Shown here: positions 40,863-49,957 of the stretch, piece by piece | How positions within the stretch are numbered: the first letter of the stretch is position 1 | Layout of the letters: each line of letters begins with the position of its first letter | Origin: Geopsychrobacteraceae bacterium | Lineage (GTDB): Bacteria > Desulfobacterota > Desulfuromonadia > Desulfuromonadales > Geopsychrobacteraceae | Reading direction: 5' to 3' | NCBI GenBank assembly: GCA_963676795.2 | Contig: CAXXTB010000001.1 | Span: 416,001 to 480,000, forward strand | DNA length: 64,000 nt | Program-made: the position numbers and the translations under genes | Notes under the pieces: generated by a model | What the model was told of the DNA's origin: nothing | What the model saw: the letters and a program-made list of their open reading frames with translations, nothing else | Database searches by the model: none

Positions 40863-41465
40863 ATGTCTATACTTTATATCCTTGATCTGGTCGGGACTTT
40901 CGCCTTTGCTGTCAGCGGTGCACTGGCTGGTGTCTACAAGAAGATGGATCTTTACGGAGTCATTGTTCTCGGGCTGGTGACCGCCGTTGGTGGCGGGACA
41001 CTACGTGATACCCTGATCGGTCGGACCCCGCCATTTATTTTCAGCGATTATAATTACCTGCTCCTGGCCGTTATCGCTTCACTGCTGGTCTTTCATTTTC
41101 ATCGCTTGGTGGAGCGCAATCAGCGCTTGCTGCTGTTTATGGATGCGCTGGGCTTAGGTACCTTTACTGTAATTGGCGCCTCGGTGGCTCTGGAGGCGCA
41201 GATCGGTTACCCGGGGGCGGTTCTGATGGGGATTATGACGGCGACGGCCGGTGGCATGGTCCGTGATCTGCTGCGCCGGGAGATTCCCCTGGTTCTTACC
41301 CGCGAGATCTACGCCTCAGCCTGTCTTGCCGGCGGGATTTTTTTCTGTCTCTTCGATATGGCGGGGATGCCTAGAGGGGTGAATCTGTTGGTTGCCGGAG
41401 GGGTGGTTTTTCTGATCCGCTACTGTGCCATCAGCTGGGGGTGGCGCTTGCCGCGTGCCTGCTGA
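40863..41465 (+). CDS. UPF0126/TRIC (YadS/YicG-like) membrane protein
   Basis: FAVSGAL, TAVGGGTLRD, DALGLG, GGMVRD and EIYA motifs. Confidence 0.88.
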   Translation: MSILYILDLVGTFAFAVSGALAGVYKKMDLYGVIVLGLVTAVGGGTLRDTLIGRTPPFIFSDYNYLLLAVIASLLVFHFHRLVERNQRLLLFMDALGLGTFTVIGASVALEAQIGYPGAVLMGIMTATAGGMVRDLLRREIPLVLTREIYASACLAGGIFFCLFDMAGMPRGVNLLVAGGVVFLIRYCAISWGWRLPRAC

Positions 41466-41479
41466 GTTAAAAAAATATC

Positions 41480-41932
41480 GAAACAGCCATTGGCTGTTTC
41501 TTTGGTTCTGCCCATGGATGACGAAGTCATCGTTGGGCGCAAGGCGTTTGGCTGGTATTTAGCTACGAAGAGACGCAGAAACGCTTTCGACATATTTAAA
41601 GAGCCATTTTTGCTGACTTTTTGGGGCTCCGGTCAAAAAGTTAGGCGGCGTTCGGGGCCGCAACCCCGAGGTTTTGGTCTTGGTTGTTGGCTGGCCTTGT
41701 CAGAGCATAAGATCAAAACCGCCGGTTCCCGTACCGGCAGACGTCACCCTTTTTCTTTGCGATCAAAGAAAAAGGGTGGAAAAAGAAACTCTTTGAAAAC
41801 ACTGACGTAAGTTGAATTTTCGCGCTTCGTAGTCTTTTCGCAGTAACTCTCCTCACGCTCAGACGAGTTGCTGCGCACCTCGAATTCGCGCAATCGCAAT
41901 GCCGGTGCCCGGCATGGATACATGGAACAAGC
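41480..41932 (+). repeat. ~450-bp structured intergenic element, copy 3 (arm A + arm C)
   Basis: Direct diverged repeat of 40302-40744 with conserved hairpin order and compensatory stem changes. Confidence 0.88.
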
Positions 41933-41943
41933 TTTTGAAACTG

Positions 41944-41975
41944 ACAAAGCCCGGATCATTTGACCCGGGCTTTGT
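41944..41975. terminator. Hairpin terminator for ahpF (possibly bidirectional)
   Basis: ACAAAGCCCGG...CCGGGCTTTGT stem. Confidence 0.6.
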
Positions 41976-42029
41976 TGTTGGCAGAAAAGAATCACAGGAG
42001 GGTATTCTTCTTCTGGTTGTTTGCAATGG

Positions 42030-43583
42030 CTACTTAGGCAGTTGTTCAATATGCCCTCTGGCGAAATCCTCGAAAGTACTCAACCCCGCCTTGGCGCCTT
42101 CGCCCATGGCGACGATAATCTGCTTGTAAGGAACATCAGTCACATCCCCGGCAGCGTAGATGCCGGTCAAGCCGGTCCGGCAGTGACCATCAACCTCGAT
42201 TTCACCACGCGGATTGAGGCTGACCAGTTCGGCAAAGGGAGCGCTATTCGGGTCGAGGCCGATCTGGACAAAGATCCCATCGACGCTGATGTTCTCACTT
42301 GCCTCGCTCTCGCGGTGGAGGATCGCCAGCCCGGTGACCTTGGCGCCGTCATCAAGAATATGGCGGGCCGCTCCGCTGGTGATGATTCTGGCGTTGCCCA
42401 AAGACTGGAGTTTCTTGATCAGGACTTCATCGGCGTTGAGTTTCGGGCCGAATTCGACCAGAGTGACGTGGGAACAGATCCCTGCCAAATCGATTGCCGC
42501 TTCAACCCCTGAGTTACCGCCGCCGATAACGGCGACCGGTTTGTCCTTGTAGAAGGGGCCGTCACAGTGCGGACAGAAGGCGACGCCGCGGCCGATGTTC
42601 TCTTTTTCCCCAGGGATTCCGAGCTGGCGCCACTTTGCGCCGGTCGCCAGGATCAGTGCCCCGGTGGTGATCTTCTCACCGCCGTGCATATGCATGGTTT
42701 TGCGCGGGCCGTTGTCAATCTGTTCGACTCGCCGGTGTTCAAGGATGTCTACCGGATAAGCATCGAGGTGTTGGAACAGATTGGCCGCCAGCAGCGGTCC
42801 TTCGGTATAGGGGATGGAAATCAGGTTCTCGATCCCCTTGGTTTCATTGACCTGACCTCCGATCCGTTCAGCGACGATTGCGGTTTTCAGGCCTTTGCGG
42901 GCGGTGTAGATGGCTGCGGCAACACCGGCCGGTCCGCCACCGATAACGGTGACGTCGTAATCTTTGGTTTCGTTCGATACGATGATCTGATGACCATAAT
43001 GACCTTCAAGTTTGTCGAGCAGCTCGGTCAGACCGGCCTTGCCGACATGGATCATCTTGTCACCGGCAAAAACCGCCGGAACCCCCTGGATCCCGCGTTT
43101 CTTGATCTCGTCCTGGAAGTAGGTTCCCTCGACGATCTCATGGTGGAAATCTGGATGAATCAGGGCCATCAGGTTGAGCGCTTGAACGACATCAGGACAG
43201 TTGACACAACTGGTCGAGACATAGCTGGTCAGGTGGATCGGGCCGTTGAGGGCACTGATCCGGGCCTGGACCCCGGCGTCAGGCCATTTGCCCTTGCCAT
43301 CAGCATTCAAAACAGCGAGGATCAGCGTGGTGAACTCATGACCACCGGGAATGCCGCGAAACTGGATTGGAAGGGCCTGGCCGTTCTTTTCAATCTGCAG
43401 GGCTAGCGGATCGATCTGGCGGTTCTCAACATGCAGTTTGGCGGAAGTCGCGGCGACGTCAGTGACCAGGTCGAGTAATTCCTGCTGAGCATCATGGCCA
43501 CCGGCAGCGGTGATGAAACGGTAGTCGGTTGAAAGAGTGGCGTAGACGCTGCTGAGCTGCTCATGGGTGGCTTGATCCAACAT
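42030..43583 (-). CDS. ahpF: Alkyl hydroperoxide reductase subunit F
   Basis: GHEFTTLILA, N-terminal CVNCPDVVQALN, GGGPAG, CPHCDG and GGGNSG motifs. Confidence 0.95.
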   Translation of the reverse strand: MLDQATHEQLSSVYATLSTDYRFITAAGGHDAQQELLDLVTDVAATSAKLHVENRQIDPLALQIEKNGQALPIQFRGIPGGHEFTTLILAVLNADGKGKWPDAGVQARISALNGPIHLTSYVSTSCVNCPDVVQALNLMALIHPDFHHEIVEGTYFQDEIKKRGIQGVPAVFAGDKMIHVGKAGLTELLDKLEGHYGHQIIVSNETKDYDVTVIGGGPAGVAAAIYTARKGLKTAIVAERIGGQVNETKGIENLISIPYTEGPLLAANLFQHLDAYPVDILEHRRVEQIDNGPRKTMHMHGGEKITTGALILATGAKWRQLGIPGEKENIGRGVAFCPHCDGPFYKDKPVAVIGGGNSGVEAAIDLAGICSHVTLVEFGPKLNADEVLIKKLQSLGNARIITSGAARHILDDGAKVTGLAILHRESEASENISVDGIFVQIGLDPNSAPFAELVSLNPRGEIEVDGHCRTGLTGIYAAGDVTDVPYKQIIVAMGEGAKAGLSTFEDFARGHIEQLPK

Positions 43584-43616
43584 GCTGATTCCTTTTTTTT
43601 GATATTTGCGCAAAAT

Positions 43617-43677
43617 GCACCCCCCTCAATCCCCCCTATGGAATAGGGGGGAAGCGAGTTTACGAGCAGGGGGGTAT
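43617..43677 (+). repeat. ~61-bp C/G-tract palindromic repeat (copy 3 of 3)
   Basis: 57/61 identical to the reverse complement of 3866-3926; inner hairpin CCCCCCTAT-GGA-ATAGGGGGG. Confidence 0.85.
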
Positions 43678-43685
43678 GAAACTAT

Positions 43686-44252
43686 TTAGATCTTGCCGAC
43701 CAGGTCAAGACCCGGCTTGAGGGTTGCCGCACCTGGTTTCCAGTTGGCCGGGCAGACTTCGCCGTCGTTTTCGGCAACAAACTGGGAAGCCTGAACCTTG
43801 CGGACAATCTCGTCGGCGTTACGGCCAACCGAGTTGTTGCTGTACTCCGCAACCTGGATGACTCCTTGCGGGTCGACGATGAAGGTGCAGCGATAGGTCA
43901 CACCGTCTTCTTCGATGTAGGTACCCAGAGCGCGGGAGAGTGCCCCGGTCGGATCGGCCAGCATCGCAAACTTGATCTTTTTGATGGTTTCCGAGGTATC
44001 CCACCAGGCTTTATGGACGAAGTGGGTATCGGTGCTGACTGAGTAAACTTCGCAGTTGATTGCCTTGAGTTCTTCATACTTGTCGGCGATATCTCCCAGC
44101 TCGGTCGGGCAAACAAAGGTGAAGTCAGCCGGGTAGAAGAACAGGACCGACCATTTGCCCTGCAGGTTCTTGTCAGTGACAACTTTGAATTCATTGTTCT
44201 GGAACGCTTGAAGTTTGAATTCTGGCAGTTTGGTATTGATGATTGATTGCAT
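43686..44252 (-). CDS. ahpC: Alkyl hydroperoxide reductase subunit C (2-Cys peroxiredoxin)
   Basis: FYPADFTFVCPTE and GEVCPANW motifs. Confidence 0.96.
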   Translation of the reverse strand: MQSIINTKLPEFKLQAFQNNEFKVVTDKNLQGKWSVLFFYPADFTFVCPTELGDIADKYEELKAINCEVYSVSTDTHFVHKAWWDTSETIKKIKFAMLADPTGALSRALGTYIEEDGVTYRCTFIVDPQGVIQVAEYSNNSVGRNADEIVRKVQASQFVAENDGEVCPANWKPGAATLKPGLDLVGKI

Positions 44253-44329
44253 CGGTAGATCCTCCTTGGTTAGGTTATAAGATTAATTCTTACCTGCGAA
44301 ACTTGGAGAAAGATTGCCGCAGTTGTCAT

Positions 44330-44378
44330 AATTTGTAAAATTTATTAAATTTACTACCGCTATAAATAAAATTTATAT
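44330..44378. promoter_or_regulatory. AT-rich divergent ahpC/oxyR promoter region with a LysR-type site
   Basis: ATAA-N7-TTAT at 44362-44376 resembles the OxyR ATAG-N7-CTAT half-site. Confidence 0.45.
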
Positions 44379-44389
44379 GGAGTAGAGCG

Positions 44390-45268
44390 ATGAATCTGCG
44401 TTCACTGAGTTACCTGGTTGCCCTGGAAAAGCACGGCAGCTTCAAGTCAGCAGCTGATGACTGCCATGTCAGCCAGCCGGCATTGAGCATTCAGATCAAG
44501 AAGTTCGAAGATGAATTGGGTGTGCTGCTCCTGGAGCGCAATCCCAGAGGGTTTATCTTTACCCCCTGCGGAGAAGAAGTACTCAAGCGCGCTCATGGTA
44601 TTCTACAACAGGTCGATGAAATCACAACTTTGGCCGGCAACTGGCACAACCCCTATGCCGGAACTCTGTCGCTGGGGGCGTTTCCGACCCTGGCTCCCTA
44701 TTTTCTGCCCCATATCATCGATCATCTGGTCGATGTCTACCCGCAGTTGCAGATCAACCTGGTTGAAGAGAAGACCCATGTGTTGATCGAACGGTTGCTC
44801 GAAGGAAAGCTCGACGCGGCGTTTCTCGCGCTGCCGGTCGAAGAGGATGAGCTGGAGTACGGCGAGATCTTCAGTGAGGAGTTTTTTGTCGGCGTTTCCC
44901 CCCGTCATCACTGGGGCGACAAGCGGGCGATTACCTCTCAGCAGCTGGCCAGTGAACGACTGCTGCTGCTGGAAGACGGCCACTGTCTGCGCGGCCAGGC
45001 TCTTGACTACTGTTCAAGCAGCGGCATCGGCGAGGTTCTGAATTTCCGCGCCAGCTCGATGGAAACCCTGCTGCAGATGATCAGTATGGGGCGGGCCATC
45101 TCGCTGATACCGGAGTGTGTGGCCGACAGGAACAGCGGGATCAACTATCTGCAGCTCGAAGGGGGCGGACCGACCCGGACCATCGGTCTCTACTGGCGCA
45201 AGTCGACGGTCCGCCGCGACCTGATGCTGGAACTGGTCGACGACCTAAGCCGCGAGTATGGCAAGTAG
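44390..45268 (+). CDS. oxyR: Hydrogen peroxide-sensing LysR regulator
   Basis: LysR HTH plus LLEDGHCLRGQALDYC (two redox Cys); divergent from ahpCF. Confidence 0.9.
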   Translation: MNLRSLSYLVALEKHGSFKSAADDCHVSQPALSIQIKKFEDELGVLLLERNPRGFIFTPCGEEVLKRAHGILQQVDEITTLAGNWHNPYAGTLSLGAFPTLAPYFLPHIIDHLVDVYPQLQINLVEEKTHVLIERLLEGKLDAAFLALPVEEDELEYGEIFSEEFFVGVSPRHHWGDKRAITSQQLASERLLLLEDGHCLRGQALDYCSSSGIGEVLNFRASSMETLLQMISMGRAISLIPECVADRNSGINYLQLEGGGPTRTIGLYWRKSTVRRDLMLELVDDLSREYGK

Positions 45269-45300
45269 GCAAGCCCGTCAATCCTCAAGGTATGCTGATT

Positions 45301-46137
45301 ATGGGATCAAAAGAGATAACCGCTGATTCGTCTGCAGTACAGTCTGCAAGGCAGATCCCGGTCCGCGACCCGGCCGACCCCTGGCTGCTGCCTGGTTATG
45401 AGGCTCTGTATCAGTACTTTGGTGAGCGTGGCGAGATGGAAACCCTGGAGGTTATCAAGGACCGACTCTCCTGGAACCCGGAAAAAGTGATTGATGGTTA
45501 CTTCTGCCGCTATGAAATGGTCCTGCTTGTCGATGAGCACGAGCGGATCATCGGTGTCCGCGATCACAGCATCATCGTCCCCGGGCGAACTGCAGCTGAG
45601 GAGCAACGGGCTGTGGTGGTTCATCTGTCGCATATCCTGATTGCCGAGGAAGAGCGGGGGCAGCACAGGTATTTTCTCGGCGACGAGATTCTGTTGAGGA
45701 CGGCACGGGGGCTGATGCGGGGCGCCGGTCTGGAGGATGCAACCCCGATTGTTCTGGCCGCAGAGGTCGACCCCCCGCAGCCGGGAAATGCCGAGCGCGA
45801 GCGGCGTCTGAACGTGTTCCGGGCTCTCGGCTACCGGCCGGTCGCGCCGGACCAGGTGACCTATCTGCAACCCGATTTCCGTCCGCCCGTGCTGATCGCT
45901 GCCAGCGGCGAGCAGCCGGTGCCGCTCCTTCTACTGATCAAACAGATCGGCCGCGACCGGATTGACCGGCTCTGTGCCACTGAGCTGCGCCACACAGTCA
46001 GCTGCCTCTATCATATGTATGGCAGAACCATGCGTGCTGCACATATGAAAGTCGTTTACGCCTCACTGAACAGCTATCCGGTCGGGGAGATGCCGCTAGG
46101 CCTGAGCTGGAAGACGCTTGGATCAGATTGCGATTGA
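45301..46137 (+). CDS. Hypothetical protein, possible GNAT-like fold
   Basis: VVHLSHILIAEEERGQ resembles GNAT motif A, and RRLNVFRALGY resembles motif B; start uncertain. Confidence 0.55.
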   Translation: MGSKEITADSSAVQSARQIPVRDPADPWLLPGYEALYQYFGERGEMETLEVIKDRLSWNPEKVIDGYFCRYEMVLLVDEHERIIGVRDHSIIVPGRTAAEEQRAVVVHLSHILIAEEERGQHRYFLGDEILLRTARGLMRGAGLEDATPIVLAAEVDPPQPGNAERERRLNVFRALGYRPVAPDQVTYLQPDFRPPVLIAASGEQPVPLLLLIKQIGRDRIDRLCATELRHTVSCLYHMYGRTMRAAHMKVVYASLNSYPVGEMPLGLSWKTLGSDCD

Positions 46138-46167
46138 CGGGAACTCTCGAATGACGAATTCCAAGTT

Positions 46168-46680
46168 TCAGCCCTTGGCAAACGACAGGGTCAACTGCTG
46201 TCTGATAGTGTGGGCAAACCCTTCGAGGTCACCGTCGCCTTTCAGCTGGCCGATCCGGCGGTATTTCTCTTCCTGCCACTCTCCGAAATAGAAGCACTGC
46301 TCTCCCTCTTCTGTCAGCCCCAGTTCCTGGGTATAGCATTTGAATTCCGCCTTGATCTCGGCCTGGCTGTTGATCTTGGTGATCAGGATCAGGGCAACGC
46401 GCAGGCATTCGTCGTTGTACTTGGGCTCTGGCATGGTAAAGACCAGCATCGGAAACTCACCGGTCCGGGAGACCATGATATCGATATCGCCAGCGGTGAA
46501 ATCAGCCGGTTCGTCAGGACAGAATTCGTTGACCTGATTGAGGACTTCCTGCAGGAAGGTCTGGCTGGCCTCAGAGGCGAAGGCCTTGAAAAAATGTTTC
46601 GGGTCGGTCGCGCAGATCTGGCGCAGGGCCGTATGGGCAAAAAGATAGTGGGCTTTTCTTGGTTGAGCTTGAGCTGACAT
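46168..46680 (-). CDS. Hypothetical protein (170 aa)
   Basis: Typical codon usage, AAGG SD, fills the gap; no motif recognised. Confidence 0.65.
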   Translation of the reverse strand: MSAQAQPRKAHYLFAHTALRQICATDPKHFFKAFASEASQTFLQEVLNQVNEFCPDEPADFTAGDIDIMVSRTGEFPMLVFTMPEPKYNDECLRVALILITKINSQAEIKAEFKCYTQELGLTEEGEQCFYFGEWQEEKYRRIGQLKGDGDLEGFAHTIRQQLTLSFAKG

Positions 46681-46945
46681 CGGTTTGACCTTTTTTCAAA
46701 TAGTTTAGTAGCCATCCGGAAACTCCGGTGGGCAACGTTTAAGTTTTCAGGTTGGAAACCTGTTATAAATGAATTCCCCTTATAACCCGGGCAGGGTTGT
46801 CAATTCCAGAGAAAGGGGAAAATTCCAGCAGCGCAATGAAAAAGAATGGTGTCTTTATCGTCAATGTGTTAGAAGCCGTTTCGGTTTCTTGGTGAAAAAG
46901 ACTATTTATCAGCTATTTATATTTATAAGGAACAGGACAGAGTTC

Positions 46946-48343
46946 GTGACCCATAGCGATTTTTCCGCATTATCTCTTCACGCCGATCTGCTCAGCAATC
47001 TGAATACTATCGGTTATATGACTATGACGCCGATCCAGGAACGCAGCCTGCCGCCCATCCTGGCCGGGCGCGATGTCATCGGTCAGGGGAAGACCGGTTC
47101 CGGCAAGACCGCGGCCTTTGGCCTTGGGCTGCTCAACAGGCTCGATGTCAAGGCCTTCCGGGTTCAGGCGCTGGTCCTTTGCCCGACCCGCGAACTGGCT
47201 GATCAGGTCGCCCAGGAGATCCGCAAGCTGGCGCGCAGCATCCATAATATCAAGGTTCTCACTCTCTGTGGCGGCATGCCTTTCGGGCCGCAGCTCAGCT
47301 CGCTGGAGCATGGTGCGCACATCATCGTCGGCACGCCGGGGCGGGTTGAAGAGCACGTCCGGCGTGGTTCGCTGCAGCTCAAAGATCTGACCCTGCTGGT
47401 CCTCGATGAAGCCGACCGGATGCTCGAGATGGGTTTTCAGGAGGAGCTCGATGCCATTGTCGCACAGACACCCGAAGAACGTCAGACCCTGCTGTTCAGT
47501 GCCACCTACCCGCAGCAGATCGCCTCGATCGCCGAACAGGTTATGCGGGACCCCTTGATGGTACAGGTTGAAACGACCCACGCTGCGACGGTAATCGAGC
47601 AGCATTTCTATCAGGTTGACGAGGACGAAGATCAACAGCAACGCAAGTGTGCGCTGCGCCTGCTGCTGCACCATTATCAGCCGGGCTCGAGCGTGATCTT
47701 CTGCAGTACCAAGCGCGATGCCCAGGATGTCGCCGATTATCTGGCCGGACATGGCCTGAGCGCCCTGGCTATCCACGGCGACCTGGAGCAACGCGACCGC
47801 GATCTGGCCCTGGTCAGATTCGCCAACGGCAGTGTCTCGATTCTGGTTGCTACCGATGTTGCCGCCCGTGGTCTCGATATCGAAGCGCTCGACATGGTTA
47901 TCAACTTCCATCTGGCCCGTGAACCTGAGGTGCATGTCCATCGCATCGGCCGCACTGGGCGGGCCGGTAGTCAGGGGCTGGCCTGTTCCCTTTACAGCAG
48001 CAAGGAAGCCTTCAAGGTCGCGCGGCTGGGGCGTTTTCTGCAGCAGGATTTAACCGGCGAAGAACTGCCGGACGAGGCCGTCCTTGCCAGACCGTTGGCT
48101 GAACCTGCAATGGTGACCCTGCAGATCGACGGCGGCAAGCGCAACAAACTGCGGCCTGGCGATATTCTCGGCTGTCTTACCGCTCCGGGCGGCATCGGGG
48201 GAGAGCAGGTTGGCAAGATCAAGCTGTTTCCCAACTGGGCTTTCGTTGCGGTTGACACAAAGGCAGCACGCAAGGCTTTGCAGCAGCTCAACGAGGGGCG
48301 CCTCAAAGGACGTAACTTCCGCGCCCGGGCGGTGCGCAGATAG
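46946..48343 (+). CDS. dbpA: DEAD-box RNA helicase DbpA
   Basis: GKTGSGKT, PTRELA, DEAD, SAT and HRIGRTGRAG motifs; C-terminal KLRPGDILG RNA-binding domain; GTG start at 46946. Confidence 0.93.
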   Translation: MTHSDFSALSLHADLLSNLNTIGYMTMTPIQERSLPPILAGRDVIGQGKTGSGKTAAFGLGLLNRLDVKAFRVQALVLCPTRELADQVAQEIRKLARSIHNIKVLTLCGGMPFGPQLSSLEHGAHIIVGTPGRVEEHVRRGSLQLKDLTLLVLDEADRMLEMGFQEELDAIVAQTPEERQTLLFSATYPQQIASIAEQVMRDPLMVQVETTHAATVIEQHFYQVDEDEDQQQRKCALRLLLHHYQPGSSVIFCSTKRDAQDVADYLAGHGLSALAIHGDLEQRDRDLALVRFANGSVSILVATDVAARGLDIEALDMVINFHLAREPEVHVHRIGRTGRAGSQGLACSLYSSKEAFKVARLGRFLQQDLTGEELPDEAVLARPLAEPAMVTLQIDGGKRNKLRPGDILGCLTAPGGIGGEQVGKIKLFPNWAFVAVDTKAARKALQQLNEGRLKGRNFRARAVRR

Positions 48344-48346
48344 CTA

Positions 48347-49957
48347 TTATTCAGTGCCCTGAGCTGTCAGCGCAGCATCGGCGAAAAATAGCGCATGATT
48401 TGAGGTGAACAGCGGCGGGGTGCGGTTGACGATCGCTTTGATCTTTGCCGAACCGAGCAGGCGCTGGTTGAGGAAGCGCCGGGCGCTGGCACGGTTCCAG
48501 GTGCTGTCCGTGTGAAAGCGCTGGTAGAGCCCCAATGGGGTGTCGCCGGCGATCTCGTCGGTGGCGCTGATTCCATAGCTTTCCGGGTTTTCGAGCAGCC
48601 CTGAGGCGCGCGGCATGTTCATGATCGCCAGGTTGAGGAAGCCGATCTCAGCGGCGTGCTTTTCCAGAAATTCGAGGGTCAGTTCGGCGTCCCTTTCTGT
48701 TTCCCCCGGGGTGCCGAGCATGATGTAGACGAAGGTGGCGATTCCGGCCTGGCGCAGGTTGGCGAGGATCCGCTCGACTGCATCGAGACGAATTCCTTTC
48801 TGCAGTCGGTCGAGGACCTGCTGCGAGCCCGATTCCAGCCCCAGCTGCAGCATTTTGCAGCCGCTTTTTGCCAGTCGCTCTACAAAATCGGCATCTTCCA
48901 AAGCCTTTTCAAAACGGACAAAACCGAACCAATGTATTCCCTTGAGCAAGTTCGCATTATCGGCGAGATGCCTGAGCATGTTGAGCGGGATGGCGTTGTC
49001 GGTGAGCTGGATGTGGTTGACGCCATGTTTGTCGGCCAACTCGCGCATGGTTTGCGCCAGCTGTGCATTGGGAAAGGCGCTGTACGGGTGAACCGGGTTG
49101 GCGGCTTCCGGGCAAAACAGGCATTTGCGCCAGTAACAGCCGCGTGAGGCGGTCAACGGTAGAATGGGCCGGGGCGACAGGTAGTCAGCGCAGCGGGCGA
49201 AGCTGAAATCGGGGGTGAAGGCGATGTCGCTGCAGTCGGCGAGGGTGTAGGGTTTATCGCTCTGGGTCGCCAGGGAGCACAGGCTGGTTTCTCCCGGTCC
49301 GAAGACCAGATGATCGAAGGCTGGCAACTGAAGCTGCAGCTCTTTGATCATCTGTTGCCAGGAGGTGATCAGCCCGCCACCGGCAATCAGGGGGGTGTCC
49401 GGCAGGGCACGACGCAGCAGGCCGGCCAACTCAAAGGCTGGAAGGGCCTGATGCAGGTAATTGATCGAGATGGCGATCAGCTTGGGGTTGATCGCTTCGA
49501 TCTGCGGCACCAGCCTGGAGGTGAAATAGTCGGCAAACAGGGTCGGGCTGGTTCCCGAGGCGGTCCGTTCAAGATCCTCCGGGGCAAAGGGGGAGAGTGA
49601 GCTGTGCTGATAATCTCCCAGGGTCAGTTTTTCGTCAGCGGTATTCCACAGGGCGAGCAGGCGATTGAGATAGCGTACGGCGGTATTGTAGCGGGCAAAG
49701 TTTGTCCCCGCCGCGGAACGCAGGACGTCCAGCGATTCGGCGCGATGCTTGAGCGCCCGGCGCAGGGCCGTATCGCTGCTGTCGGCACACCGGTCCTTCA
49801 GACGTCCGTCTTCAAGGAGAAACAGGTAGGCCTCCAGATTGCTGTCGATCGCTTCAACCTGCTGCCCTCTGGCGCGCAGATGGGCACAGAGGATCGCCAG
49901 CGCCAGCGGCGGCTCGGCCACTTTGAGGGCCGGGGGCTGGAGGAGCAGGGTGGTCAT
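48347..49957 (-). CDS. B12-binding-domain radical SAM protein
   Basis: PPLALAIL N-terminus, SRGCYWRKCLFC cluster motif, GLESGS and GTPGET. Confidence 0.85.
   Translation of the reverse strand: MTTLLLQPPALKVAEPPLALAILCAHLRARGQQVEAIDSNLEAYLFLLEDGRLKDRCADSSDTALRRALKHRAESLDVLRSAAGTNFARYNTAVRYLNRLLALWNTADEKLTLGDYQHSSLSPFAPEDLERTASGTSPTLFADYFTSRLVPQIEAINPKLIAISINYLHQALPAFELAGLLRRALPDTPLIAGGGLITSWQQMIKELQLQLPAFDHLVFGPGETSLCSLATQSDKPYTLADCSDIAFTPDFSFARCADYLSPRPILPLTASRGCYWRKCLFCPEAANPVHPYSAFPNAQLAQTMRELADKHGVNHIQLTDNAIPLNMLRHLADNANLLKGIHWFGFVRFEKALEDADFVERLAKSGCKMLQLGLESGSQQVLDRLQKGIRLDAVERILANLRQAGIATFVYIMLGTPGETERDAELTLEFLEKHAAEIGFLNLAIMNMPRASGLLENPESYGISATDEIAGDTPLGLYQRFHTDSTWNRASARRFLNQRLLGSAKIKAIVNRTPPLFTSNHALFFADAALTAQGTE

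Noticed and set aside
40302..41932. Interpretation of the repeats as a CRISPR array or integron attC sites
   Set aside because: No regularly spaced identical repeats and no cas genes; elements are far longer than attC, and I saw no RYYYAAC/GTTRRRY boundaries or integrase.
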